A stretch of DNA of 64,000 bases. It comes from Bigelowiella natans CCMP2755. Its lineage: Eukaryota; Protista; Cercozoa. Each line of letters begins with the position of its first letter. Within the stretch, counting starts at the first letter, position 1. Position numbers and translations under genes: made by a program. The stretch is taken from positions 1 through 64,000 of the forward strand of contig ADNK01000985.1 of the NCBI GenBank assembly GCA_000320545.1, given 5' to 3'. Under the pieces are notes generated by a model. That model ran no database searches, was not told the DNA's origin, and saw nothing but the letters and a program-made list of their open reading frames with translations. Below are positions 9,040 to 23,918 of this stretch, in pieces.

Positions 9040-10132
9040 ATGATGTCGAAGAGACGCAAGGTGAGCGATGATCCTGTGAAGGAAGAAAAGGAGGAGGAAG
9101 AAGACTCTCTCACGATTGCTGCTGCCAGCGGTACTACTGCAATCAACCTCAAGCATATGCAATTTTAATCCAGTACCACATCTCTGTTTAGAGGTTTGTG
9201 CTGGCCAGTTAACCCCAATGCCGTCTGATATTTTTTGTTCCGTGTAATAACAAACATCAGGGGACCTTGAGCATGTGCGGTACCTTATTGAGAGAACCAA
9301 TGCAAATGTGGAAGGTAGAGGAGTCAATGGTATGACGCCTCTCATTTGCGCGGTTAATAGCGGTAAATTTAAAGTCGTCGAGTACTTGGTAGAAAAGGCG
9401 TACGCAAACGTAGATGCACGGGATAGATGTGGAGACACGCCTATCACTTATGCTTCGACCAGAGGTGATAGTGACATGGTGCGATATCTAGTTGAGGAAG
9501 GTGGAGCACACATCGACTACATTTCATTCAATAGAGCGGCCTCAATGGGCAATTTGGAGGTGGTAAACGTCATGATCGAAAATGGTGCTGTTCCTGCCGC
9601 TGCACCACTCCTCTCTGCTGCAAGAGAGGGTCATCTAAAGATGGTACGGTGTCTTGTCGAAAATGCAGATGCAAAGGTAGAGGCCAGGGCATTTAGCGGA
9701 GACACACCACTTCACTGTGCTGCTTTCGGAAATCATCCTGAGATCGTCCGCTATCTGATAGAAGAGGCCAAAGCGAAGATCGAGCCCAAGAACAAGCAAG
9801 GACATACCGCATTTATGGTAGCTGCCCTGCATGGTAGTGTCAAAGTTATACGGTACCTTGTCAAAAATACTCGATTTAAGAATACAGTGGATATTCCTGA
9901 AGGTTTCTTCGAGAATAAAATGACACCGCTTTTTGTAGCTGCAGTCAATCGTCATTTAGACTTAGTGCGCTGTCTTGTTGAAGAGGCGCATGCATCAGTG
10001 AATACTAAACTAATCGAACGGATAAGCAATTTTTCTGGTACATCCATACCAGATAGAGGCATCATTTGCTACAACCGCAATTTGGAACGCCATCAAGTTA
10101 TCCGCTACCTGCAAATGACCCGGGTGATGTGA
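9040..10132 (+). CDS. Ankyrin-repeat protein (2 exons: 9040-9130 and 9261-10132)
   Basis: MMSKRRK...LTIAAASG|DLEHVRYLIE splices in phase to the 285-aa ORF. Repeated G-x-TPL/TAF...G...VV.YLVE ankyrin units. Confidence 0.92.
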
Positions 10133-11392
10133 TGATTCATGATACCTGCTACAAATTCCCATGCATGAGGAGCACGTGTATTAAAGAGGGAGGGGAGGGG
10201 AGCGGAGGGGAGGGGAGCGGAGGGGAGGGCTGGCTTGCTTGCTTGAGAATCTAAATCCTCGCAACAGATTATTGCAAACGACTATGTCCCCTGCCCAGAG
10301 CAGATAAGATTTTTAAGATTTAACTGAATTTGTTTTTAATGCTCTCAATGTACTGGTTGTTCTCTCAGATTGTTCGTGTGAAAAAGATACTAAAACATGA
10401 TATCGGTTCACTTTCTATGCTCCATGGAAGTATATTGTCAGCGATGGGCTACCATGACGCGGAGGAAGATCAACAACGTTAATCATAATTTTTAGGTGAG
10501 GGAAATCTTGAGAAAAGAGTATCACAGAAATGGATTACGGTATTAAATGATCATAATGCAGCTCAGTTTCTCGGAGCATAGTAGTGTGTGGATGGCGACA
10601 CTCATGTTTTCTATTAAATGCCTAGATTTCACACACTGTGCGGATATTGCTTGTGCTCACATGTGTAAATTCAAGCCTGTTCTTATTGCAGAAAGTGCAC
10701 AGACACGTATACGTGCGTAGCGTAGCATTGGATATTGTAATCTAGATTTAATCATCACGGTATATCAGATATGTACAACTTAAGTAGTCGAACAACGCTA
10801 TATTGTAATGCTGTACCACTTGCGGTGCGGTGGTGTGTGTGTTTTGGTCATTTTACTAAAAGAAGCTAGCTGCTCGTCGTAGAACGATAGTTACGCATAG
10901 ATACGCTTTGCATGGACGCTCGATTGAAAGTAGCGAATGCGCGCATTATACGTAAATGCTAGCTGCATGCACGATACCAAACGGCTATATATAGCAGGTT
11001 GATGATCGATCAACAATGCAGCACCCGTTCGATCGTGCGTTGATTGTATATGATGTTCGCAGCTGATCGATGGAACATCTTCCATGACTTCTAGATCTAG
11101 GCATTTTGAAAACATGCCATGTCAACAATAAACGCCACGATAGCTAGCATAAACAACAGTATATGTCACATATTGTACAATGTTAGTCACATACACATTA
11201 TAGACTGGCTTATGAAGACAGAACAGAAACGATGTCTAAAAATACTTCAAACTGTATTGTTATGGCACATACATGTAATAACACTGATAAACAAATGACC
11301 ACACATCGCATTTATAGAATCAGCTACATATCATGGAACATGTAGTTTTTTGAGAAGAACGAAATTCACGAAAAGTAGAAAAAAATGTTGCT

Positions 11393-11539
11393 TCAATCGC
11401 TGTCTTCAGCTGCCGATCTCGAATCATCGCGCCGTTTCCTTTTCTTTTTCGATTTCTTCTTTGAGGAACTAGTATGAAGAAGGAATGTGTACGTCTTTCT
11501 CATGAAATAATACGGAAGCATGTACGCACAGAAACTCTC

Positions 11540-11580
<41 letters not shown>

Positions 11581-11589
11581 ATATGTATA

Positions 11590-11649
<60 letters not shown>

Positions 11650-12020
11650 TGTCTCTCTCCCGTCTTTTCTGGTACCTCTTCTTCCTTTTCTTCTTCTTGT
11701 CGCCTTCATCGTCCTCACTTCGATCTGTACAACCACATAATTCACATCTTCTTCTCACAACTTCTTAAAACTCCAAGTAAAACTATAGAATGACGATGAC
11801 TACTACCATGAGATTCATATGGTGGCTAATGCCATATCGCACACACCACCGCACCGCACCCCCACCATCATCATAATGTACCGCACCGCACCACCGCCAC
11901 CATCATCATCATCATCATCATCATAATGTATGTTTACTATCTCGGGCATTAATCTAGAGTCTTGACGTTTTGCATCTAGCTGCTATTTATTATTGCTACT
12001 GAATCTCCCCTCCTTCTCTT

Positions 12021-12056
<36 letters not shown>

Positions 12057-12185
12057 TTGTTGTCATTCTCGTCATCATCTGCAATGTCAGAATCACGTTT
12101 TCGCTTATTCCTTCGACGACTACGACGTTTCGAGTTGCTTTCTGCTTTAATGTACATAAAAACATCACGGTATCATGACAAACTC

Positions 12186-12219
<34 letters not shown>

Positions 12220-12417
12220 CGACGACGCCATCGTTATCGCCATCTTCATCAACATAATCATCATCACCATCATCTTGAAACGACTGAATACGACGGAAGG
12301 GGGTTCATCTAGCATATTACTATACCTTTTTCGTCATCCATATCATCATCGTCGTCATCATCGTTCTATGCCAATCCACGCATTCACCCAGATAGATGTC
12401 GTTACAAAACACACGCA

Positions 12418-12456
<39 letters not shown>

Positions 12457-13536
12457 AGGAAGAGAGGAGAAGGATAAGAACATAGCAGCAGCCAGCATCA
12501 CAATCATTATTATCTCTTATACATACATAATGGGGGGTCATAATCATCATCATCATCACCATCTCGAAGAGGAGGAGAAGGAGGAGGAGACTCCCTTCAT
12601 CATCATCATCATCATCATCATTATCATCGTCATCTTAGATCATCGCACACACACTCACCTCTACAGCCATGCCCTCCTCTTCCTGTTCTTCACCCAAGAG
12701 CTCCCCCTTTATCCGCTCAAAAATCCCTGAGAAGTGGTTGCAACAATCAATTTTTGGTTATAGTGGAGATTTTATCCAGTGGAAGCTATTGTCTTAGCTC
12801 CCCCCACCCCCCCTCACACACACACCCTGGAATACCACTACTGCTGCTGTGTACTTACTACTCCTACCACCGCGTGGGTATTATTATAATTATTATTAGT
12901 AGTATTACCTTTGACCATTTCCTTGTCTAACTTTTTATAGCCACTGTTCTGCACCATCTTGGAGGAGCATTTGTTCACGGCATCCTCTAGCTTAGCCTAG
13001 GATTGTTTCAAGTGTTTGACCATGAGAAGAGGTGGTGGTAGAAGTAGTAGTAGTAGTAGCAGTAGCAGTAGTATTCTGTATTAAAATTCTATGATATGAT
13101 GGATTGATATGATGCATTGATTGATTGATTAATCTCATATTCGCTTTCCTACTACCAACAAGCAGCACTAACTATAACTACAACAACAACAACAACAAAT
13201 ACTACTACAACAAGTAGTCATATACATCACCTTCTTGAGGTTGTCCATATTTTCAGCATACCCTCGAGCAAGATACTTGCGGAAGTCCTTCTCCAGCTCT
13301 TTTGTATACTTCCTGAATAATGTTCATCATGTTTCACAGCAGCAACCACTATCATCATCATCATCATCGTCATCATCATCATAGTAACACCTCATCTTTT
13401 TCTCTTTTTCCCTGTGCTTCCACTTCGCCTTCGCAATGACCTGTAGAAGTACCACATACATACATACATACATACATACATACATAATTACATACATAAT
13501 CACCACCATATTCGTACTTAGCATGCTGTGGTTGTT

Positions 13537-13590
<54 letters not shown>

Positions 13591-13808
13591 GGTCTTCTTG
13601 CTTTTGCGAAGAATGTGCTGATTCACAATAGTAGTTTCCTTCATTTTTGTCTTCTTTCTTCTTATTTTGAGGTTTTTGTCCATAATAATGATCTCTTTTT
13701 TCTTCCTCCTCCTCCTTCTGACTCTTCGTCTTCTTCTTCTTATTCTTCTTCTTCTCAATAACCTCATTAATTGCCAACTTCAAGTCTTCTTCATCCAAGT
13801 CTTTCACC

Positions 13809-13842
<34 letters not shown>

Positions 13843-14793
13843 AATCAACATGAACGACGACGATGACCACCACAGGGGAGTATGAAAACATGATCAATGC
13901 CTACATAGCATCCGTTTAGCGTATATTCAACAGTAATAAATACTCATCAAATCGCGGAATTTGGTTGTATATGTTGTTTTTGTTGAACGGCGATAGAGAG
14001 CATTCCGTTGTGGACATGATAGATGATGATCCTACTCCTCACTCCTCCCTATCATCCATTTGTTTTGGGCATCATTTCTCCATCAACTAATCATATTATT
14101 CCACCACCTCGTCATGACTTCCAATCGCCTTCTGCAGCTCCTCGATCTAAGTAGTAAGTAAGTACAAGCCGTTGCATGCAGCAGCAGCAAATGCGGCGTT
14201 ATTTTTATTGTTGTTGTCGTTGTTTTCACCTCTCAGTCAGGAAGAAGTGAGTAGTCAGTGAGACAACTCTCACAGAAGAAGAAGAAGAAGAAGAAGAAGA
14301 AGAAGAAGAAGAAGAAGGAGGATGAGAGAACCCATACCAACTTCTTCTTCTTCTTCTTCTTTTATTCGCCTACAACCCCATCATCACCATCACCATCATC
14401 ATCAATCCATCTACCCCACCCTCCACCTCCTCCACTCCTCATCTAGCTGCTAGCACCTTCGCATCATGCTTTACAGTCCCAATGGTTGCCTTAACCGCTG
14501 CCTATATGAAAAGAAGGAGAAGAAGGAGAGAAGAGTAGTGAAGGCGAAGGTGAGTTGGTGGTGATGATTTGAAGAAAAGAACAAGGAAGAAGAAGAAGAA
14601 GAAGAAGAAGAAGAAGACTGCGGTGTACATATTAATGTTGTTAATGATGAAAACAACAATAATAATTATGATAATAATAATTGCAGAAAACACACAGCAA
14701 ATTATAGTAGTAGTACGTGGCATTTGATTCCATCATTTATATCCCCCCTTCCCCACCCACTTCCTCATTCTTAGATATAATACATCGTGTATA

Positions 14794-14865
<72 letters not shown>

Positions 14866-15284
14866 AATATAACACATGAATTGAAATTCATTGTCCGCAA
14901 AGGTGGTCCTCAGGCATTGGATCGATTGATTAACAATACAGCAGGACGAATAACCCAAAGGGGAGGAGGAGGAGGGGGGGGGGGGAGATGGGGGACCTTT
15001 ACACGCTTCTTGGGAGACGAGATTCGTTCCTGAGACATGAAGTTTGAGGAGGCAGGTATAGCAGAGAAAAAAGATAAGTAGCAACAGCATGATGATAAGT
15101 TATTATTTGTACTCCTTTTCTTCTTCTTCTTCGTTTCCTACCACTACTACTGCTACTACCTCTAAGTCTGCGGTAAAGTCATCAAATACTTCCTCTGGTG
15201 TAATCTTTGGCTTTTTCACTGAGGCATACTTTTTATAGCGCTCATCCTAAGATAAATAAAGATATCAATGATGGGATAATGATA

Positions 15285-15322
<38 letters not shown>

Positions 15323-15952
15323 ATTAGCTATTTTGGTCATAAGCAATCATATTTATCTATTAGCGTACGACATGACACGACAACACAACACAACACAACA
15401 CAACACAGCAGAACACGGCACTACCTCTTGGAATAGGTGATCAACCTCATCCCAGAGGGACTTTGAGTGAAACTCGCCCTTTGTTAGCTGATGATGATGA
15501 CGATAATGATTGAAAGATGATTGATGATGGCATGATCCAATACAACATTCTACCTCAACACCTCACCCTCCCTGCCCTCGAAATATGACAGAAGAATGGT
15601 CGGCACAACTTACACTTTCTTGGAGCAACTCTCTAAAGGAATCACGAAGCTAAGATAAAAGACAAGGCAATTCAAGGAAAGAAGAGAAGGAAGCAGAGAT
15701 GGTGACACGACCGCTTGATTTTCATGTATTTAGTAACGTTGTGTGGTGTGAGTTGTGATAGTAGTAGTAGTAGTAGTAGTATGATGTAGTCGCCGGTGTG
15801 AGAAGTCGGTGTGAAAAGTAGTAGTAGCAATAGATAGTAGAAGTAGTGAAAGTGAGAAGGTTGGAAGAAGAAGTAGAAACTACTGTTACGACTACTACTA
15901 AGAATCGAATTATTGTGACTAGTGTCAAACTACTACTGTACCCACCAACAAC

Positions 15953-15988
<36 letters not shown>

Positions 15989-16934
15989 TTTGTTGATGAT
16001 ACGTAAATGACATACATGCATACATACATGCTTATATACTACTATAACTTACAACACCTTTCGTTCCATTTTTTTCCTCTTTTCCTTCTCTCGAGCCTGG
16101 AATCAACATATTCTTATTCTTACTACTACTACTGCTACATTTAGGTGCTGCCGGCTTATGATTTTTCTAGTAGTAGTAGTAGTAGTAGTAGTAGTTGTAG
16201 TAGTGATACATGCGACGATATTAACCATTTCGACAACTCCGTCCATCCCCCCCCGTAGCATCATCATCATCATCATTATCATCATCATCATCATAATCAC
16301 ATCGTCACCACCTTTCTATCCTTCTCTTCCTCACGTAGTTCTCTCACGACGTCCTTATTTTGAGAAAGAACAAGTGCAAAGTAGTCAGTGATTCAAGCAG
16401 TCAGAAGTCGTCGTAGCATGGCTACTATCACTACAGATAATCACCATTATATCATTTCAAATGGAGGAGGAGGAGGAGGAGGAGGAGGAGGAGGAGGAGG
16501 ATGATCGCTTAATAACAATAGTAATAAATAATATCTAATAAATAATGATAATAATAATAATAATAATAAATAATACATAATACATAATAACAGGAGGATA
16601 AATTGTAAAGAGGGGGGGGGGGTTGAATAATGGTGGTTGGTTGGAGACAGCATGCTGATGGAAATAATGGTGAGTAATAATAATAATAATAATAATATCA
16701 GTGATAATGATAAAATGATAATGGTGATGATAATGATGATCATGTACGGTTAGAGCTGCTGCAAATCCTATCGTGCTACTATTGCTACTGTACTACTCTA
16801 TATATATCATGAAGCTATCTTGTACTACTACCTCAAAGACTTTGATCTTATCTGAGTTCTCCAAGTCTTTGGCACCTGGACACTCTTCTATCTTATGCTC
16901 CTATGTTAATAAGTAAGAATGACAAAGTGAAGGA

Positions 16935-16966
<32 letters not shown>

Positions 16967-18440
16967 GTAGAAGATAGAGGATAAGAAGAAGAAGAGAAGA
17001 TGTGGTTGCACGTATTACTACTCGGATGATGGATTATCATTTCTTAAATTAACAAGTCACCACTACAACTACGCCTACTCGTCTTAGATGTGGTGGTTGT
17101 GGTGGTGATTCAGGTAAACATATCAGCGGCATTATAATCCTTCAAGAGCACCTGCTCATCATCATCATCATCATCATCATCATAATCATCGTGTAAAAAT
17201 ACTTCGTCGTTCCAAAGGGTTTCGTTGTTTTTGTTTTTGTTGTTGTTGTTGTTGTTGTATTCTCTCCTCCTTCTCCTCCTCCTCCCATTACTATCTTAAA
17301 AAAATAGTAATAATGATATTAATAATAATGCAGCACTCAGACACCTTAGCATCTCTCCAGGTTGAATCAGCAGATATCCACTTGCATTCATTGCTCTGAG
17401 TCATCATCATCATCATCATCATTAGCAGCAGCAGCAGCATCAGCAGCAGCAGCATACACCAGTCAATTTGTGGCAATAGAGGTAGTAGTAGTAGTTGTTG
17501 TCTTCGCACTCGAACGAGCACACAAAAAGAAACCCCATACTAGGTGTGCAGTGCGGTGCAAAACCCCATACTAGGTGTGCAGTGCGGTGCATGTTTGCAT
17601 GCATGCATGCTGTGTTTATACAACATTCGAATTTGACTAGTACTTTACGTCCTCCTCATATCAGTATCATCATCGTCATCATCTTTTTCTTCTTTCTCAC
17701 GTTCATATCACTATGGTACTACTTACTGTGAGGTAGGCCTTAAGCTTTGCCGCATTTTCCTTCCTATTAGCCTGTCTGATTTTCCGTGCTTTTTCCACGA
17801 GCTTTTGCCGATGATTGTTGTTAATATGATGATTAGGATCAATTTAGAAATCATAATTTGAGATGATAAGAAATAAATATCATGCAGTGATCTGCCTACT
17901 GCTACCACCACCGCAATTTCCACCACTACTACTTCTACTACTACTACTACTACTACTTCTACTGCTGCTGCTGCTGCTGCTACTACTAAAAAAACATAAC
18001 ACAAGCACAACTACTAACAACAACCTCTTCGACATATTCGTAGAAAAGAGCTTTCCGGTCTCTTTCACTCTCCACAGCTTTGAATCGTTGATCGTCCTCA
18101 ACCTCCAAATATATCATTTATGCATTCATTCATTCTAGTAACATCCTTAGTATCTCCATCCTCCTCCTCCTCCTCCTTCCCATCATCGGATTAGACATCT
18201 TCTTTCAATTTACCATTAATACTTGCACACACGCATACGCACACGCACACACACACACACGTGTTATTCCCTGACCAGTACACTAACTGCTAACCTTGTC
18301 CCTGAATTCGCGGAACCGTGAGTTTTCATCAATCCAATCAGATGATTTAAGTAGCTCGTCGAAACCAGCCCGTGCCTAAATATGATGATGACGATGATGA
18401 TGATGATGGTGATGATAATGATGATGATATGCTTCACATT

Positions 18441-18472
<32 letters not shown>

Positions 18473-21166
18473 GTCCCCAATCGTCTGTTGAATGTCGCTT
18501 CTAACCGTATGCATGCTGCATATATTATCAGTATATACGTTGTTTGTATATATTATTATACTACCTTCTTTTCTGCCGCAAGACGTTCCTCCTCTTCTCT
18601 GATCTTTGTCTCTTCCTGATACTCAGATAGAATCCTCTTCTTCTCCTTCACAGTCTTCAAAGCCTGATATTAAGAGAAGATTGTTACGGGAGAGCATTGC
18701 TCCCTCTCTCTCCCTCTCTTTCGCTCCCTCATCATTCCCACCAGTGAGAAAGATTTTGAATTAATTAGTCTCTTTTGACCATCATCAGTAATTGAGTAGG
18801 TAAGTAGTACACACACACACACACACACACCTGATATCTAGGATCATGGATAATTTTTTGCATTATCTCCACCCATTTTTCCCTCGTGCCGACATTCTGA
18901 TAGATGTTATCAACGATGATAATCAAGAAAAAGAAGATGATCATCATCATCATCATGATTACAACATCATCGAGTTAATAATGACCCTTCTCATAGAAAC
19001 AGAAATTTGGATGATAGCTAACATTTGCTACTACTACTTTATCCTTGAGCAATGATTTAAATGCTTCAACTGCCTCCTCCTTGTTTGCATAAGTCGGTTT
19101 CTTTTTTGTTGGTGGCGTTGGCTGCGATGATGTTGTTGTTTTAGTAGTAGTAGTAGTAGATGTAGCTGCTCCCTGAAAGATAGATCAAGCCGTAGAAGAA
19201 GAAGAGAAGAAGAAGAAGAAAAGTGGTGAGGAGAGTAAGCAAGTGAGAATGGTGGTGGAGGAGGAAATTTGTTCCAACCTTCCTCATATTTAGCATTAGC
19301 GCTGAGTCAGTAAGTCTACTACAGTCATATCAACTCTTGTTGTTGTTGTTGTTGTTGTTGTTCTACCGAAGGGGCTTCCTTTTTCGTCCACGTAGTAGTA
19401 TCTTCCTTCTTCTTAACATTCACGACAGTAGTAGCCTTATTAGTAGCAGCCGCCTTCTTCATAGCAACCTCTTGGTAAAGTTTCTTCTTTTCCTCCTGCC
19501 CAGAATTCAGCAGCATGCAAAAAGTATTTATTATTATAAGGTTTCAGAGAAGAGGGTAGACAGGTGACGAAGAATGAAACACTCAAGTACAGCTTCATCT
19601 TTCCCCTAATTTCCAACTCTACATACAAATTTTTAATTCTAGTGAATATATCGCTACTTCTGGTAGTTTGAAGGTTGGTTTTGAGGCTCTTTCTGCAAGA
19701 GCCTTGGCCTAAATCAATAATCACAATCATAATTTCAAATGTTAAGCATTGATGTTGATGACGAGGATTTAATGCCATGGCGTGACAGCCACCCCCCCTT
19801 TTGAGCAACTAAAAGAAAAACACCGCCAACCGAAGTAGTAATAATATTCATCGATGCTAATCACTTATTTGGTCTTCTGCATTTTTCCTTTGGTTCACGC
19901 CGTCTACGTACACACCTTCTCTTCCTCCTCTTTTTTAATACTAGCAGCTTTCTCGATAATTTCCTATAATATGAGGTGTCATCAATAATTAATCAGATTA
20001 TTGATCACTACACTCTCCTCCTTCTATTCGACTTCCCTCCCCTCCCCCAAGAAGCACTGTACTGTACTGTACTGTACTGTACTGACTGATAATAGTTACT
20101 CTATGCGCTAGCCTGACAACGGCAACGAAGATGACGACGACGAACGACAAACGACGACGACTTCTACTACTTGTTCCTTCTTCTTCTTCTTCTTCTACTA
20201 TTACTATTACCACTGCTGATGCTGGTGCTACTACTACTACTACTACTACCTTTGGTGTCTGCCACACTGACTGCTTCGTTTCGTTGTTGAAGTAGTATTT
20301 CCTACGGATAGATGAAGAAGAAGAAGAAGAAGAAGAAGAAGAAGAAGAAGGAAAAGAGGAATCGTGATCCGCGGTCCATACATGCACATTATAAAGTTTT
20401 AACAGTCAGAATGACAACCTCCCTTCTTTAAAGCATATTCGCCATTTGTCACCAGCTGCTTTTTCCTCTGCGTCCTGCATTTTTAGGAAGTAAAGATTAC
20501 TTACAAAGCTACTGCATCAACTTTGGCAAGAGCTTCCTCCACGAATCAAAGGTATAGTATGTTGGTGGACGGATAAATAAAAACAGACATCACCTTCAGC
20601 TCGTACGGCTTGGTCCAAACTGACTGCTTCTGAAATGGCGACAAACAATGACGACGATGAGGTGCGTCAACACAACGCTAGCATATTTCAATCACAAGAA
20701 GAAGAAATTTGTGCAACGACAACAACCCTAATATTACCGTCTTCTTGTTGAAATAATACTTTTGCCCTTGTGGGGAACTGTGCTCTTCCCAGTCACTCTG
20801 CTTCTTTTGCACCGCTGGTGCAAGCTGCTGCTGCGAATCTATTGTTGTGTAGAACCAAAACGAAAATAATGAACAATTCGTGAAAACCGTTTAGAATGAC
20901 ACGAACGTACGCTGCATTCCAGGAAGGGGCGGCATCCCTGCAGCCATCATTCCGGTTGCAGCAGGCATCATCCCCGGCATGATGTGCATTCCTCGGCCCA
21001 TCATTGATCCTGGCATACCGGGGGGCGGCATGCCCCTGCCAGGCATCATCATCCCAGGCATCATCCTTGGCATCCCTGGGGGTATCATAGGGTGAGGTGG
21101 AAATCCTCGTCCCATCATGGGGGGGTAACCCGGAGGCATTCCTCTTCCTCCTCCTCGCCCGTACAT
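11393..21166 (-). CDS. PRP40: Pre-mRNA-processing factor 40 homolog (U1 snRNP; WW + FF domains), more than 20 exons
   Basis: N-terminus rich in P, G and M. Two WW domains (DWEEH...KYYFNKKT|KQSVWTKP; KWR...KYYFNNETKQSVWQTP). FF repeats (EEAVEAFKSLLKD...KWVEIMQKIIHDPRYQAL; FDELL...DQRFKAVESERDRKALFYEY; LRDSFRELL...SLWDEV...DERY). K/R/S/D-rich tail ending at TGA 11393. Confidence 0.93.
17530..17591. repeat. 31-bp perfect tandem duplication in a PRP40 intron
   Basis: AAACCCCATACTAGGTGTGCAGTGCGGTGCA x2. Confidence 0.95.
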
Positions 21167-21479
21167 TGCTTGCTTGCCAGTTGCGCGATGTGCGGTCAGC
21201 TCACTTTTTGCCGTTGTTCAGATTTTTCAGTAGCGACAATAATTCACATAGAAATTCATAGGTGAGACAACCGGAAGTAGTTGTCGCATCTGTAAGAACC
21301 AAGTAGTCGAAGCTGGAGAACATGGAGTTATGAGGATGTACGTGCACGCACGACGGGGGGGGACATACCGATGATAGTAGAGGATATCAATTACGTTGCA
21401 AAATGACAGAACAATGCAGGGCCATAGCACAATGGAGTAAGCGACGAATAATCTTTCATATCACTAGGTAGTGCTCAAT

Positions 21480-22309
21480 ATGTCCGCGCTTTCTCCTTCC
21501 ACCCACTCCAGTCGGGAGCCCCTTCAGTGTCTATACCAAGCCTTTCTTAAGATTAAGACTGTAGATGTTGGCAAAGGTAGTTTACTTGCTACCCATTTAT
21601 TTGGGTTTCTGCTTACGGTCATCTTGATGTGTTCGGTAAAATTATACATTTAATCAGGGAGCGACGAGGAGGTGGTCGCGAAAATTAGCAAACTGTACTA
21701 TTATGTCAAGTTGGCACTGCTTTCAGATCAGTCAATGTCAGTGAGTAATCTTGATAACTTATAGGCTATTGTTGCAGTGATTTTTATTACCATCAAATTA
21801 CCGCTGTAACTCGCATAGAATGCGAGAACGAGAGGAATTAATGGCCTCAATAGAAGCCCTTAACGCTCTAAACGAAAACCTAGTATCGGAGATTCAGGTT
21901 GCGACCAGTCTAATAGCGAATACATTCAGATAGAGAGGGGGGAAGGGGGGGGAGATGACATAGACAGACAGCAACTCACGCGTATAATTATGCACAAAAC
22001 GTTAAGGCCTCAAAAAAAGAGCTGAATTTCAGAATACGAAGCTGGGAGAATGTAAAACCTCCTTCACAGTCAGAAGTCATAATGGAAGGGAAAAATCTCA
22101 GCGACTCCCAGGTATGATTCTCCAACAAATAAATTCGCATGTTCAAATATCACCTTATGAAAGATGTAAATGTACAGAAAAAAGAAGAATTGAAATCGGC
22201 GAAAGTATTCTTGGAAGCGAGAAGTGAGTCCTTTGCATCATCAAGAAGTTTACTTCGAAGTTTCGACAGGGTATGCAGCACCGGAAGCAACCATTTTGGT
22301 AAATTGTAA
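21480..22309 (+). CDS. Hypothetical small helical/coiled-coil protein (multi-exon; start uncertain)
   Basis: In-phase GT-AG splicing gives MREREELMASIEALNALNENLVSEIQ|ASKKELNFRIRSWENV...SQ|KKEELKSAKVFLEAR...GKL*. No family recognised. Confidence 0.6.
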
Positions 22310-23628
22310 GAAAAATATCCTTAGATTCACGGAACGTGTTTGTCTATTATTTATTACGATATTTACGTAATGCGATACAGAAGCAAGACGTTTGTGTTTG
22401 ATATTGGTTGGCTGTAAATGTGTGCGCTCTGCCTTCATATGCAATGCAGTTAGTGTAAATCATCTTCCTGGTATGAATCATGTATGGCGTGAGTATCAGC
22501 TAGCATTATGAGACGTATACAATGAAGTAATTACATTTTTTCAAATGTGCTCCTAAAATGCCTGCTTATTGTTATGTGCATGTGGTGCCAAAAATCGGTC
22601 GCCCGCAAGCAATGACAGTGACCTAGTTAGCTAGCTAGCTGGGTAATCCCCAGGTTATTTAAAACGCCTAGCTGTAAACCATGTGATATCAACCAACTAA
22701 AATCGATAGTTCACAATTCACCGTCATTATGATCATTTGCACGGCCCGGCATAGCAATGTGACAATATGAGACGGATCGATGTAACAATGTAATTAAAAA
22801 AAATTCAATTGTCATCCTAACATACGTACTATAGTACTACTGACTAGCGTAGCTGTTCAGCTGTTCAATGCTAGCATATAAATGACAATAACAATGCCTA
22901 TGCTCGCACTGCGCGACATCGACGACATAATATGGATGCTCTCGCATGCAGCATGAAGCACATAATAGCAAAAAAGAATAGATACAACATAAGCTGCAGC
23001 CGCTGCTCTCCATAGCTACATTACTAGATTATAGGGTGCATTGAAAAACTTAATCACATCATTACATCCGTCTAATAATGATTAACTAGCGAGGATGCGA
23101 CCCCCAGCGCGAACAAAGGCTAGAAAGGGCACGCACTGCAGAAAGGAAATCTGTACGTGCGTGCGCATGATTTAATATTTTCCCAGCTGTTCACGATGAC
23201 TATAGCACAAAATTATGTCATTTAGTACAGGGATTATTGTCTATTCTGCTGTGATAAGTAAAGTATATATACCTAGTCGAATTATAGCCACCAGCTACAT
23301 AGAGATGATGTGGTGGTTGCACGATAAAAAGCACCTTCTTATTTAAGCTTCCTACATCTAGATATCGAGCGTCACAATAAGAAGATAGGATCTCATGGGT
23401 AGGTTGGCTATTTCGGCGTTCTGCTAGCAAAAGGTAGGTGTATTTTATCATTTCATTACTCTTTCATCCGGCATGAATTAGATTATTCCTTCGCTGCAAC
23501 CACTACTATCACATTGTTTCTGGATGTAGGCTCATTTTTCTTTTCATTTTCAACGGTCTTCCGTGCTGAAAATTCCATCCTACTTAATGGAAGTGCCTTC
23601 AAAATATTTAAGATGTGTCCAACGAAGC

Positions 23629-23813
23629 TCATCCTTTTCTTTTTCTCTTTTTCTTTGATTTTGTTGCCGCTTCTGAATCACGTTTCTGTTTAGCAGCTAG
23701 TCTTTGTCTCCACAACGGTATCGAAGCATCATCTTTATTCTTCCAGTCTTTCTTTTTCTTTTTGAAAGATTTACCACCGAACCTGTGGAAGTGTAATAAT
23801 TCATTTATATATG

Positions 23814-23849
<36 letters not shown>

Positions 23850-23870
23850 CATTATATCAATGCACGTATA

Positions 23871-23918
<48 letters not shown>

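Noticed and set aside
10189-10229. GGAGGGGAGGGGAGC repeat (possible G-quadruplex) 3' of the ankyrin gene
   Set aside because: Indistinguishable from the window-wide background of simple repeats and G-runs.
11393-20387. Many ORFs with poly-I/Y, poly-T, poly-M or VCVC runs
   Set aside because: Translations of intronic microsatellites.
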